In this document: positions 1 through 11,528 of the stretch, piece after piece
How the letters are laid out: the number at the start of each line of letters is the position of its first letter
Numbering within the stretch: position 1 is the first letter of the stretch
NCBI RefSeq assembly: GCF_000372725.1
Contig: NW_005201392.1
Location: 661,660-725,659, forward strand
DNA length: 64,000 bases
Direction: 5' to 3'
DNA from: Emiliania huxleyi CCMP1516
Lineage: Eukaryota
Translations under genes and position numbers: made by a program
The notes under the pieces: model-generated
The model's input: only the letters and a program-made list of their open reading frames with translations
What the model was told of the DNA's origin: nothing
The model's database searches: none

Positions 1-209
1 GCGGCGACACGGACGACGGGCGCAAGAAGTGCGAACCGCCCACACACCCATACGCGCGCACCATTCAGACACACTTTGACCAGACTTTGACCACCGACCC
101 ACTCTTCAGGTGCATCTTCAAGTTCGACCTGCCGTGCGGCGGCTTCCCCTTCGTCGTCGGCAAGCCGCCTGCGGACAACCAGCAGGCACGCAAGTACCCG
201 GGCTTCTAG
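1..209 (+). CDS. 3' end of an unknown spliced gene (partial)
   Basis: GT-AG intron at 29-109 joins ..GDTDDGRKK to CIFKFDLPCGGFPFVVGKPPADNQQARKYPGF*, with TAG at 207-209 and GC3-rich codons. Product not recognisable. Confidence 0.55.
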   Translation, partial: GDTDDGRKKCEPPTHPYARTIQTHFDQTLTTDPLFRCIFKFDLPCGGFPFVVGKPPADNQQARKYPGF

Positions 210-804
210 CGCTGCCCACTTTACGTGCCGTCGAGCCCGCGCTTTCCATGTGCTGCAGGGGGCTGGAAGCCGCTTCCGGGCTTCGATCTAGGCCGCCCTC
301 AATCGTTGTGGCTGGAGCTCCAACCCCTGCCCCTCTCTCCGAGCGTGCGGCCCGCGACCCGCACACCCACCCACATCAGCCACGTGTCGGTGCGAGGGGC
401 CCATGCCATCAGTTCATTAGGTACACTCCGTCGTGTGTCACTTCTCACGAGCGAGCAGCTGTCTTCCTCTGGCTGCTCCCCGTCGGGCTTTTGTTAATAT
501 GACACTATTCGATCATGGAGAGGCACGCCCCTCGCTCGTCGCTGGGCGCCAAACTGCAAACACTTCGCCGCATTCCACCGTCGCGCCGATCCGACATCCG
601 TGTCGGGGTGCGAACGGAGGGCCCAACCCCCAACTTGAGTACACAACCTACAACTTTGAGAATCGTGTGTGTGCGCACCCTTTCCCCCACACCTTTTTTG
701 GTACGTGCAAAAACCTGGAACTGTAACTGCCTCGTGTGGGATCGGTTACGGGTTAGCGCTCCACAGGACACCACAGCGAGATGCGGAGAACCTGTTATTT
801 TGTG

Positions 805-3286
805 TCACGCGCCGCCAAACTCACGCTCCTGCAGCCTGCGCGCATAGATGGTGGCGCCCACTGCGACCGACTCCTCCGGCCGCGCGGGCCGCAGCGGCGC
901 GCGGCCGAGCGCGCGGCCGACGCGCTCGCCGACGGCGTCGAGCCGCGCCGCGCCGCCCGCGAGCAGCAGCTGGTCCACCCCTATGGGCGTCGGATACACG
1001 TGAGGCATATCTCGGGTACACCTCTCGGGTACACCTTGGGCACACCTCGGGCATATCTCGGGCATATCTCGGGTACCAATGCGTGTGTTCGACTACATAT
1101 CGGCTCTCTCTCGGCGGTCGCTCCTTGAGGGGCGGGCGACGCGTCCGCCAGTGCGGCGGGCAGAGCGTCGATCGCTGCGGCCAGCGCCGGCTCGATAAGC
1201 CGCTCCAAGGCTGCGCGCGAGAGCGTCTGCTCGAGGTGCTTCGGGCCAGACGCGTCGGCGGTGATGAACGGGAGAGAGACCGGCACGCTCGGCGAGCTGC
1301 AGAGCGCGAGGATGGCCGCCTCTGACGCCTCGTGCAGCCGCACCAGAGCGAGGTGGTCAGCAGAAAGGTCGATCCCGTGCGCCTCCCGAAAGCCCCGCAC
1401 CAGGTGCTCCACCAGAGCGCCGTCGAGCGACTCGCCGCCGACGCCGTGCTGCCGGTGCGAGGCCGCAACCTCCCACACCCAGCCTCCTCCGCCGCCCTCC
1501 GCCCCCTCTGGCCGCTTGGCGAGCACGGTGAGGGAGGAGGAGAGCCCGCTCATCTCGAGCACGCCCAGCGTCCCTACGCGAAGAAGAGCAGCATCAACGT
1601 TGGCAATAGGCTGGACTGACGAGTCATTGGTCAGATTACGAGCAGGCAACTCTTTCTGTGTAGCTAGTTCATTACTGTGAGAGTTGGAGGCATCGCCAAC
1701 ATTCAGTCGGCTGTGCCGACTCGTGCAAATCACTCAGCGGGACGCTGCGAGTGCAGTGGGCACAACTGAAGGCAGCTGAGTGCGTGCTGCTCCAGGGCTG
1801 GTCAAGAGACGCGAGGTGTCTGTCTTCCGCATCTGCGACGCGCTCCCGCCGACGCGAGCTCGTCGGGGAACTCGTCCTCCGCCGCGAGGGCCGCCGCGAC
1901 GGCCGACGGGACCAGCTCCAACCGCTGCACCCCCGCGCGCCGCGCGACCGCCGCCATCGCCGCGCGCAGGGGCTCGTCGACCGGTGCCGGCACCTGCGAG
2001 GGTCGCGCGGCGGCGGCGGACGGGAGCAGCGGCGCTGGAGGCGCGGAGGGCGGCGCGGAGGGCGGCGCGGAGGGCGGCGGGGAGGGCGGCGGCGAGGGCG
2101 GCGGGGAGGGCGGCGGCGAGGGCGGCGCTGATGGTGGCGGCGCAAGCGGCGGCGGCGCAAGCGGCGGCGGCGTGCACGGGGGTGGGAGGGGACGTGCGGA
2201 GCGACCGCACCGCCTGCAACCGGCAGGGAGCGGCGGCGGCGGTGGGGGGCAGGGCGAGCGCACCCCCGCGACTGCGACTGTCACGCTGCGTCCCGCCACC
2301 CGCTCGGCAGACTCCTTGAGGGCGGCGAGCGTGCGCGCAGCCAGCTCCGCGGGCGGGTGCAGCACTCCGTGCACTCTAACCGCGGCGAGGCCTTGCTCGT
2401 CGGGCACCACGTCGAACGGCGTCGCCTTGGCAGAGTCAGCCGTGGCAGTGTGTGGCCCCGTGTCGGCTGGCAGTGTGTGGCCCCGTGTCGGCTCCCCGAG
2501 CCAATCGTGCGCAGCGCGTGTTTGCGCGTGTGCGTATCCCGCCGTCTGCTGTGCTAGGACGTGAGACGGACTCGCTGACCTTGGTGGCTGCGAGCAGCGC
2601 CTCCGTCTCTCGAGACTCAAACGCGCGCCCGAGCAGCAGTTGGTGGCCGTACACGGCCGTCGCGCGAGATGAGAAGAGGAGCTTCTTGGCGGTCAGGCCG
2701 ACCAGCGCCTCGCCGTCGTCCGCAAACGCGACCACCGACGGCGTCACCCGCCCGCCGTTCTCATTCTCCACCACGCGCGGCGCTCCGCCCTCAAAGACGG
2801 CCGCGCAAGCGCCCGACCAGTCCTTGGAGCCCTCGCCGAGAGAGCAGCCCATCGCCTGGGCACGCACGGTGGACGGCTGTCGCCGCGACGAAGCGCCGCA
2901 GCACGCGGGGATGGGAGGGAAGGGAAGTGGTGGGCAGAGGCACGAAGCGTCTCGGAAGTGTCCCGGACCTCCGTCGTGAAGTACGAGGGCTGCTCAGCAG
3001 TCCGCCGCGGCGCAGGCTCGCCGCTGTCGGTGCGGCCGCGCGAGGGGTCCGGCTCTCGCTCGGGATCGCCGTCGGGCGAGCCATCGCCGCCGCCTCCTCT
3101 CCGCATCGCCTCCTGAAACTTTGGGTTCTGCGCCGCCTGCAGCAGCAGCCGCGTGCCATAGAGGACGCCGGCGACGCCGAGCCCGGCGAGCAGCGGACCA
3201 ATCTGTGCCGGCGGCGTGCTTCGCAGCGCGCGCAAGCCCGCCACCGAGGGCGGCCGCAGGGTGTGCGGCCGACGTCGAGCCAGCAT
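805..3286 (-). CDS. Divergent Hsp70/DnaK-like protein, nucleotide-binding domain only, multi-exon
   Basis: Exon peptides [89 protein letters not shown] and [25 protein letters not shown] align by eye to the DnaK/mtHsp70 ATPase domain. First intron 2968-2856 (GT-AG). Stop at 805 comes right after the NBD. Confidence 0.85.
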
Positions 3287-3331
3287 CGCGGCAAGTCCAG
3301 AATCGCAAAAAAGATTTTCGAACGCATCCCT

Positions 3332-4645
3332 CCCCTAATTGACGCTATTCTGACTGGGTTGTAACAAAGTTTGAACCACACGCGCGGCGCGAGGCCTTGC
3401 GCCCCATGCGGTACGGGGCCGTGAAACCCATCGCCTGGGGGTGCTAGGACACCGAGAGACATGATCCAGAAGTGCCAGGCACACCCACAGTGGTCAACAC
3501 GAGAACGCCGAAATCGTGACCTCGGAACGCGGTCACGGCAAATCTGACTAATCTGTAACAACCGTTAATACGGATGGCTCACGCTGGCGCATGGCCTCGC
3601 CGCTGCTACCCTCCCGACCTCAGGTGAGCAGACAAGATCCCCTGAGCTGCCGGCGCTCTCTGATCGCCCGGATCGCAACTGCCGTGGCAAAACTGCGAGC
3701 TCCCGAGGACGTCTGGCGCCGAGTGCGTCTGGCACCGGGCACGGAAGCTCGCACTCGGCCGCACGCGATAGTGCTGCCGCGAGAGCGCCTGCCAGGTACG
3801 ACATGTCTCGTGTAGACTCCTCCTGGGTCATGGTCGGTCATATGCAGGACGGCCAGAGTCGCCCACATCGCCTACGCGGTCCCGAGTGTGGTCAGGCTGA
3901 TACACCGCGACTCAACGGTTGAGTGCGGCCAGCGCACACAAAAGTCGTCGACTGCGGCCTGGCGCGGTGATCATAGGTGCTGGAGACCAGGCAGTATGAG
4001 CCTGTAACTGGGCACGCATGAACTCGGTACCTACATTCGCAGAGGCCCGGCAAGGATGGGATCTAGTAGAGTGATTGCGCACTGAGACCGTGCTCCGTGG
4101 GTCGCTGGAATGACCTGAAAGGCATCCTCAATGCCGCTGCTCGACTCTCCAGTGTCACAGCCGATGCCTGTGACCTGGTCACCGCCGCACGCAGGTTGAG
4201 ATCCGCGCCTCCTCGGGTGTGCCCTCATAGACAGCCTTCGGCGGCGCGTAGCGACGCGAGAGCCGCTCCTACACAGGCGTGTACGGTGAACCACCGACGG
4301 ATAGAGCACAGATCTATGGTCACGCCGGCAGCCTCTGAGGTCGAGACGAGGCTGCCGGCGTCGCCGCTGCAGCTCTGGGCATCACCTGCACAAGCCAAGC
4401 AGACTTTGTTACAAAAGCGGAGGCGTGTCGACGCGCCGCGCGCTCACATACTTGGGCTCCCATCTCGTCGCGCGCGAGTCAAGGCCGAACCGACTAGCTG
4501 CCGCCGCGGCGGTTGTGGCTGGGCTGCAGGCAGGCCTGTGGCCGGCGCTCGGCAAGCTGCGGGCTGCGGTTGGCGCAGCGCTTGTTACAAATTCGGCGTG
4601 CCCAGTCAGATTTCTTTTGCGAGTCAGAATAGCGTCAATTAGGGG
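3332..4645. mobile_element. Non-autonomous DNA transposon (1.3 kb) with 24 bp TIRs
   Basis: CCCCTAATTGACGCTATTCTGACT at 3332-3355 has its exact reverse complement at 4622-4645. The interior (~3685-4555) recurs diverged at ~18670-19530. No clear TSD. Confidence 0.8.
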
Positions 4646-5772
4646 TAGCGGCGATCTGTAGCCAAGAGAGCCGCAAAGCCCAGAGACGGATTCGTGAGAT
4701 CGCGTGAGATCGCGTGCACACATGTTCGTTCGTGGCCGAGAGCCACCAACGTTAGTCGTTAGCCTGTGGCTCACCCTCTGGCGGACTGCAGGTGAACGGC
4801 TTTAAGGTCGAGACGGTGGCGCGGGCCAGCGGGCTGCCCGAAGACATGTACATGTGCGGCACCGACGACCCGGAAGGACCCAGCCCCCCAATGACGTTCG
4901 TTGGCACCGATGACGAGAATTACGGCGGCAAAAACGGGGTGATTTTGGTTTTTGGTCATCCGTCAAAATATCTGAAGATCTGTCTATAGGATTCTCCCCA
5001 AACCTTGCTCAGCTGATCCAGCATGGGTCGTAGGCCAGGCCTGGGCAAAGAAACCAGTACCTCATCGGGCTTCCCTGAGCGTCACAGCTCGGTGATCGCG
5101 CCGGCCGGACACCACTGTAACGTCCGTTCCGGGCATTTGAACGCGACCTTCGGGGGCAAAGACATGGGCTCTATGGCTCAGACTGGACTCCTCTTGGTCC
5201 CTTCTGATGCCCTAGGCCACACCTGGGCCTTACCTGGGGCTCTAGGGGGCGGGCGGGGTTTGCCCCCCGAAACTGGCATGGGGGACCTTAACGACGACTA
5301 CGCGGCCCAGCGGTCGATCTGCGCCTTCTCAGCGGTGGAGGGGATGTGTGCGGGGCGGTATGTGTGTTGGCGGTACGTGTGTGAACCGCGTGGGCGTGGT
5401 GCTGCAATGGTTTGACGAGTGCGACTCCCAGCGTCGACTTTGCGACCCCACGGAGCCTCTGCTGCTCCGGGGGGGGGGGGGTCTGCAGACCACCCGGCCG
5501 AACTTCAGAGTGGCGGTGCTCATCAAATACTGCTCAAACGCCCACGATGTTGTGGAGGGGTCATGTGCTGATGATCCTGGCCCGATTGGTTTGCTCAAAG
5601 GGCTTCTGGGCGGTCGCTGAGGCTCGTGCCCCGCACACCGGCCCGGAGCCTGGGTACACTAGACGAGGCTCCGGAATGGGAAGGGGCGGGGTGAGGAAGA
5701 GAGTGCATGTACTGAGAGGCTAGCATGCGCATTCTCATGCTGGGGGTGAGTACTGGTCACAATTAGTTTGTG

Positions 5773-6525
5773 CTATCGTTTGCAGCAAATTGCGCTGCAA
5801 ATGCGCTGCCAACGAGATACTTTATGGATTTGGAGTGACAGTATGGATTCCGGGTGACACAGGTTGGGTCTAAGCGGCCCCTTCTTGCTCTCTTCCCACC
5901 CCGCTGTCGTGACCGTCTCCGCCCCACACCTCCATTTTGCCTTTAGGTATGCTTCGATCATTAGTTCGTCCGAGAGCTCCCTTTCCCAGTCCCAGCTCGG
6001 CTTCCACTCCAGCGGGTTATCACTTCGGCATCCCAGCCTCCTCAAAGTGTGCGCTAGGCTGCTCTCGACGGCCACCCTCGCTGGTTCCCCTTCCACCGCG
6101 CTGAGGGCCCGGTCCACTTGATCGATCAGCGCCGCCGCTGCATTGTGCATACGTGTATGCGTGTTCCATTCCCATCCCTCCTCTCTCCTTCAAGTCGTAT
6201 ATTTGTAGTCGTGGGATTCCTACCGAGTACCCTTTTGCGTTTAGGGCACTCGCCCTCACCTGTTCGATGCTCTCTCTGGCAATCTTCCCATGTGATGACC
6301 GTGGACCGGCGCCGTAGTACCCGATAATGCCGCTCAGTGCTAGCGCCATGTTGCGTCGGATCTGCTCTCCTGTCAAGTGCGGCAGGTTGCCTATGATCCA
6401 GCTTACTCTCTTGCAGTCCGCTACGCACCGCTCCCTCATTTCTGTCTGGCCCTCGCCGTTTGCCCACCCGGGCCTTAGCTCCGTTCCGAGATATTTATTT
6501 GTAGCTCTCGTCTCCCTTTATTTTA
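5773..6525 (-). mobile_element. Degenerate non-LTR (LINE) retrotransposon fragment, RT C-terminal/thumb region
   Basis: KIKGDESYKYLGTEL (the RT YKYLG motif, broken by a 4 bp duplication near 6495) is followed by IYDLKERGGMGM (GGLGL-type motif). Several frameshifts. Confidence 0.7.
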
Positions 6526-7784
6526 TTCTTGGAGCAAGAGAACTGCGACGGATCGGTCTCACCCCACCTCGCGGGCACCCCACCTCGCGGGCCGATGTTC
6601 TGGCTCAGCGAGGTTGCTGCGGAGCACTCGCGGACCGGTCTTCTGGCCCAGCGAGGCCGCTGCGGGGCACCCGGCGGCTCGGGTCACTTCTCAGCGCAAA
6701 CTCAGTCGAGCGGGCAGGAGGTAAGCAGGAGATAAGGTGTGTGTGTGTGTGCGCGTGGAAGGCGGGCGGCGCGGTACTGTTAAAGCGAAGGAGCGGCGGC
6801 ACGGCGGCACGGCGATCGGCGATCCCTTTTCTCCCAGTACTGTACTTAGAGCTAAAAGTACGTAAAGTGCGCAGAATATAAGTTTTCGCGGACATTGGAT
6901 TCCAGGGACGACTTTGACGTACGTTCACTGCCGCGAAGCCGAGAGCCCCCTCCCCGCCACATACATCTAAAATGTACCGTTCACCATGCACTCCGACTCG
7001 CACAGGTCTGGCGCCGAGCGAGGATGATGAACGCCAAGGAAGCCCCGCGCTACAAGGGATTCTTTAAGATCTTCTTCTTCTCCCTGCTGGCGATGGTTTT
7101 CGGGTTCCTCTGCGGGCTCGGTGCCCTGAAGGCAGACGCGCTGACCTCGTCGGTGCCTCCCCCCCGCTCCGCCGTACAAGGGCCCTGGAATCCCTGCTCT
7201 GGCGTTCCCCGAGAGCAGCCCACCTCAGAAGCTGGCCATCCTGCGTGCGCATGATCGGCGTGCGCGAGCCTTGTCGCCAAGCAGACCCCCCCCCCCCCTC
7301 CAGAGACGGGTCCTGCCCCGCAGCTGACCGTGACACTCTTGCCATGTTGCAAGCCCTTGCCCAGCAGCTGACAGCGACACTTATCTTTGCGTGTGCCTGA
7401 TGCAAGGCCTTACCTGTCGAGTATACGATCGACAATGAACGGTGTGTCTGCGAGAGTTGCGAATTCTTGGCGACGCCGTAGAGCTGCTCGTCGAGGTCGG
7501 CAAGACGTCCGATGTGCTCGCGGATTACGGCGAGCGCGAGCGCTAGCTGGCTTGCTCCTGCGCGCAGACCTTTGAGACCAGAGGCGCAGCGCGATTTGGT
7601 CAACGGCTACAACTGGATGTCCTTGTGACTTGGCTGATGCTGCGCGGAGAATTGTTTTCTTTTGGGGGGCGGCGAAGGGGAGGGAGGGAGGGAGGGAGGG
7701 CAAGGGGGGGTCATATGAGAGAGCGTTTGTAAACTCTCGGGATACCAGTTTCGTGCCAGAGCCCACTGCGTACATAAAGAGAGA

Positions 7785-7972
7785 TTTGTCAAGCGCAACA
7801 ACTTCAACCTGCTGCTCCACGAGACGTTCGGCGGCGGCTTCTCGCCCACCGCCGTTCTCAAGCTGGCCGCCTCGCGCGCAAAGTCGCGCGCGGCAGCGTC
7901 GACCGCACGGCCTACTCGCCCAAGTACTCGCTCTCTTTTATGTCCCACCATGCAGAGCGCATCTCTCTCTCT
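7785..7972 (+). mobile_element. 3' fragment of an RLE-type (CRE-like) non-LTR retrotransposon
   Basis: KRNNFNLLLHETFGGGFSPTAVLKL..ARKVARGSVDRTAYSPKYSLSFMSHHAERIS is nearly the same peptide as at 46850-47235. The 'ETFGG' motif is typical of the C-terminus after the restriction-like endonuclease. Confidence 0.6.
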
Positions 7973-7985
7973 GTTGTTCGAGTGC

Positions 7986-8774
7986 ACCCCACTCACAGTT
8001 ATTGTTATGGTGTTATGGCTCTCGGGGCATAGCAGCCCCATAACACCCATAACACCCATAACATGTTATGGGCTGCTATGAGAGAGCCGTCCCGGATCCA
8101 CGGTGTTATGGCCCGAGAGGCCACACCGAACTGCTCGCCGCTGGAATTTTCGCTTCGCGCGCTGCCGCGCGCGAGGTTCGGCATCGATCGCCAACTATTT
8201 TCTCTTTTGCCCTCTCGGATCTCAGAGCACAGCGAGTTGTACGTGTGGTCGTCCTCCGTCGACACAGACAGCACATAGTTGAAGCCGGGAATCCTCTTGA
8301 AGTCGGAGACGCGCAGGTCAACTGACGAGGGCTTCTGGCTCATGAACATCTTCATCCGGTAGGCCATGGTTGACTGGTAGTAGCTACGCGGCGCGGGGCG
8401 GGCGCTCCATTTTAAGGTTACGGATTCGCGCGGCGGGGCTCCGTAAGAAACAAATCCGTGGGGGAAACAGGGGTCAAATTCGGTTTTGGCCGAGTCATAG
8501 CAGCTGTTATGAGGTTGTTTGCTGTGGCCGTCATAACAACCAGTGGGAGGTGTTATGAGTGCTATCTATGAGGTGTTATCAGGTGTTATGAGGTGTTATG
8601 AGGTGTTATGAGGTGTTATTAGGTGTTATGAGGTGTTATGGTAGGGTGGGCATAACAGCCATAACAGCGATGGAGGTGTTATGAGGTGTTATGAGGTGTT
8701 ATGGGGTGTTATGAGCTGCCAGCCATAACAGCCATAACACCTGTTATGGCCGCTCTCATAACCTTGATTGGGGT
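7986..8774. mobile_element. MITE-like element with GTTAT/ATAAC subterminal repeat arrays
   Basis: Imperfect TIRs: ACCCCACTCACAGTTAT versus reverse complement ACCCCAATCAAGGTTAT (14/17 match). Dense GTTATG/CATAAC motifs at both ends, including (GAGGTGTTAT)n at ~8570-8710. Confidence 0.6.
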
Positions 8775-8855
8775 CAATGCGAGGCGTGAGAACCGCGCCA
8801 TTCGCTCTCACCTGGCAACCCTGTCGGCACGTCTCGCGCGCGCGTGAACAGGGCA

Positions 8856-10130
8856 CCTCAACACCACGCCCGCCGCATCTCTCCATCTGCGACAGCGTCT
8901 CGATCGAGTGCCTCAAGCGTCTTCACCTACAGAGCCAGGACTTCCCCGACAGCAAGGAGTACCGTGCAAAGATCCGCGCTCAGTGCTCGAGTTCGGGATG
9001 AAGGCCTTCGGCGGCAACCCCAACGCGCCCGGCACCGAAGACGGCGCCCGAGGTGCCATCTTCGTCGTCGCCTCGACGATCCTCGTCACCTGCCGGCCGA
9101 GCGGCTCGCCGCGCTACACGACCGACCAGATGGTAGAGCGCGTCGCCACCATCGCCCACTCGCCCGACGGCTTCCTGGCCCTCTGGAAAGAACTGGCGCT
9201 CTCCGCCTCCGTCCCGCCTACCCCACTGGAGCAGGGCGACGCTGCCGACTCGCCGGGCCCCTCGCAGCCTTCCATGGAACAGATGGTCAAGAGGGCCCAC
9301 TACTACGCGAACCGGGGCGAGTTCGGCAAGGCGTGGGCGGCCTTCTCGCCCTCCGCGCCCGCCGACGGCCGCGACCCCAAGGTTGTCGCCAACTACCTCG
9401 GCAAGACGCCGCAAAAGCGCGGGCCCCGCCTGCCAGTGTCACCGCCGACGAACCGGGCGCCCCGCGGTATGAGCTGAAGAGGAAGTTCTTCAACAAGTTC
9501 GCAAAGTCTTTGCCCTCGCGCTCGCAAGGGCGGCCCGACCCTCAAGTCGACTACGAGCTCATCCGCATCATCACCGAGTCGACCGACGGGGCGGACTGCC
9601 TCTTCAACTTCTGCACCTCCGTTGGCTGGGGTGTCATGCACGAGCGTCTCAAGCGGCTTGAGGACGACCTCAACGCCGTCTGCCTCTGGAAGGACGATGG
9701 CGTCAGCTGCAGGCCCCTCGGGCTCTGCAGCATCTCTTCACGCGCTCAGCCGAACGGTGCATCGCGCTCCAGGAGCGCGACTGGGCGGAGCAGTTCTGCA
9801 CCACGCAGCGGCCTGAGGTTGCCAAGGCCAGGGCGGAGGCACTCGAGGACGCCACCGTCACCACCGCCACCGCAGAAGCCGCGTACACTTCGAGGTGCAT
9901 CACGCACGGACACGACTCTGCCGAGGCGACGGCCGCTCTCGCCGACCTCGAGGCGGCCGAGGCTGCGGAGGAGCGCGCCCGTGCGCCTGTCAACTTCCCG
10001 AAGAACTACGCGTTCTCCAAGACAACGGCACTCACCTGTACGCCCACACCGTCGCGGGGTGGCACGGCACGAAAAGCCGGAGAACGCGACCATCTCGGGC
10101 GACAAGGAGAACTTCTACAACACGATCGCC
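8856..10130 (+). mobile_element. Degenerate CRE-like non-LTR retrotransposon, pre-RT and RT N-terminal fragment
   Basis: VKRAHYYANRGEFGKAWAAFSPS (pre-RT region), AVCLWKDDGVSCRPLG (K..RP motif of RT domain 1) and ISGDKENFYNTI (D..NAFN-like motif). Frameshifted and truncated. Confidence 0.65.
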
Positions 10131-10484
10131 CAGGAGAATTATTGCCGCCGCCGCTTGTCTGACGTTCTCGAGGTTGTTAACCTTTGGCCGCAAGCCAGCT
10201 ACGGAATTTACAACGAAACTCTCTCGCACGACACTGGGCACTGGACTGGCGAGCACTGGCACTAACACCAAGTTGTGCCACAACGCACATAAGAAAAGAG
10301 AAGAGTCGGCTAGTCGGCGCGGTGAGAACAAGATTCAAGAAGGCTCTCAATGTGACGCGGCCGCGGGCGCTCTCATGACGATTTGAATAACAGGCTATAC
10401 TTTTTCGACTAGACATGTGTTTCTTCCCCGTTTCAGCCCGCCCGCCGAGGACTTTGTCCGGGCCAGGACGCCGCTGCCGGCCGC

Positions 10485-11397
10485 ATGCCTCCAAAGAAGG
10501 ACTCGGCCGCCACGAGCAATAAGTTGTTGCGCTCCGCCATCGACAAGGGTGTGGACGAGTTCCTCTGCCCAATCACGCAGGCGCTGTGGCACAGCCATCC
10601 CCGCCCGCCCCGCCCCTGGCGTCGCCCCTCCGCCCACACGCCCAAGCCTCGAACGCGGCCCTCTCCAGGAGCTTCCTGTCGACCCGGTCATGGCAGAGGA
10701 TGGCCACGTGTACGAGCGTACCGCCATCGGGCAGTGGCTCCAGCGGAGCGGCAAGAGCCCCGTCACCAACCTGGAGATGGGGCAGAAGCTCCTCGACGCA
10801 AAGCAGGTGCGCAGCATGCTGGCCACGATGGTCAAGAGTGGCGCCATCAGCGGCGATAAGGCGGACAAGTGGCAGGAGCGGCTCAAGGCGGAGGATCAGG
10901 CCAGGGAGTGGCAACGGGAGGCAGAGGGCGGCGACGCGCGGGCAATGTGCAAGCTGGGCGCGTCCCACGATGGGGCTGATGACGATTCGGAGGCTGTTGG
11001 GAAGGCCAGGATGTGGTATCAGCGCTCCGCACAACACGGATACAACCGCGGGCTGACCAACTATGCCAACAAGCTGCACAATAGCGGCGAGAAGGGGCAC
11101 GCGGCTTTGCACTGGATGGAGGCTGCCACGCGCGGAGACGCCTGGGCATGCATCCAGGTCGCCGGGCTATACAGCCGAGGCATCTCCGGCTACCTTGCGC
11201 AGGACAAGGAGCTCGCAAAGCGGTGGTGCCTGAAGGCACTGGCGTGCAAGTTGAAGGATGATGGGGACGGTGCTTTGCCGGACGAGGACGACGAGGCGAA
11301 GGCCAACGCGTGGCTGGACGCCAACGCTGACGTCGCGGCGCTGTGGTTTGACGCGCCGGACCGGCAGGCCGGGACGACAGGTAGAGTGGGCGCGTGA
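10485..11397 (+). CDS. U-box domain + Sel1-like repeat protein (putative E3 ubiquitin ligase)
   Basis: EFLCPITQ|ELPVDPVMAEDGHVYERTAIGQWLQRSGKSPVTN is a U-box, joined by a GC-AG intron at 10581-10668. AEGGDARAMCKLG, WYQRSAQHG and WMEAATRGD..GLYSRG..QDKELAKRW are Sel1 repeats. Confidence 0.88.
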
Positions 11398-11528
11398 TAG
11401 CCGAGGTACTTCGAAAAAGAATTGCGGAAGCAAAAAGAAAACTGGCTGCGCTCTCTCGCGCCGCAGCAAGCTGCCTCGCAGTCTTCCTGGCCTCTCTCAC
11501 GCCCCTCCTATTCGCCACCATCTACTTC

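Noticed and set aside
1985..2260. Extensin-like (SPPP)n protein (also 12275-12430)
   Set aside because: These Pro-repeat tracts fall in inferred introns of the Hsp70-like and RNase III genes.
4771..5720. Possible exon or TE remnants
   Set aside because: No recognisable motif or consistent frame.
6895..7254. Small ORF with a hydrophobic segment (FFKIFFFSLLAMVFGFLCGL)
   Set aside because: Lies within a TE-rich block, with no further support for a gene.
8570..8710. Regular repeats as a CRISPR array (also 15390-15546 and 52760-53010)
   Set aside because: Contiguous 10 bp tandem units with no unique spacers, no cas genes, and a eukaryotic context.
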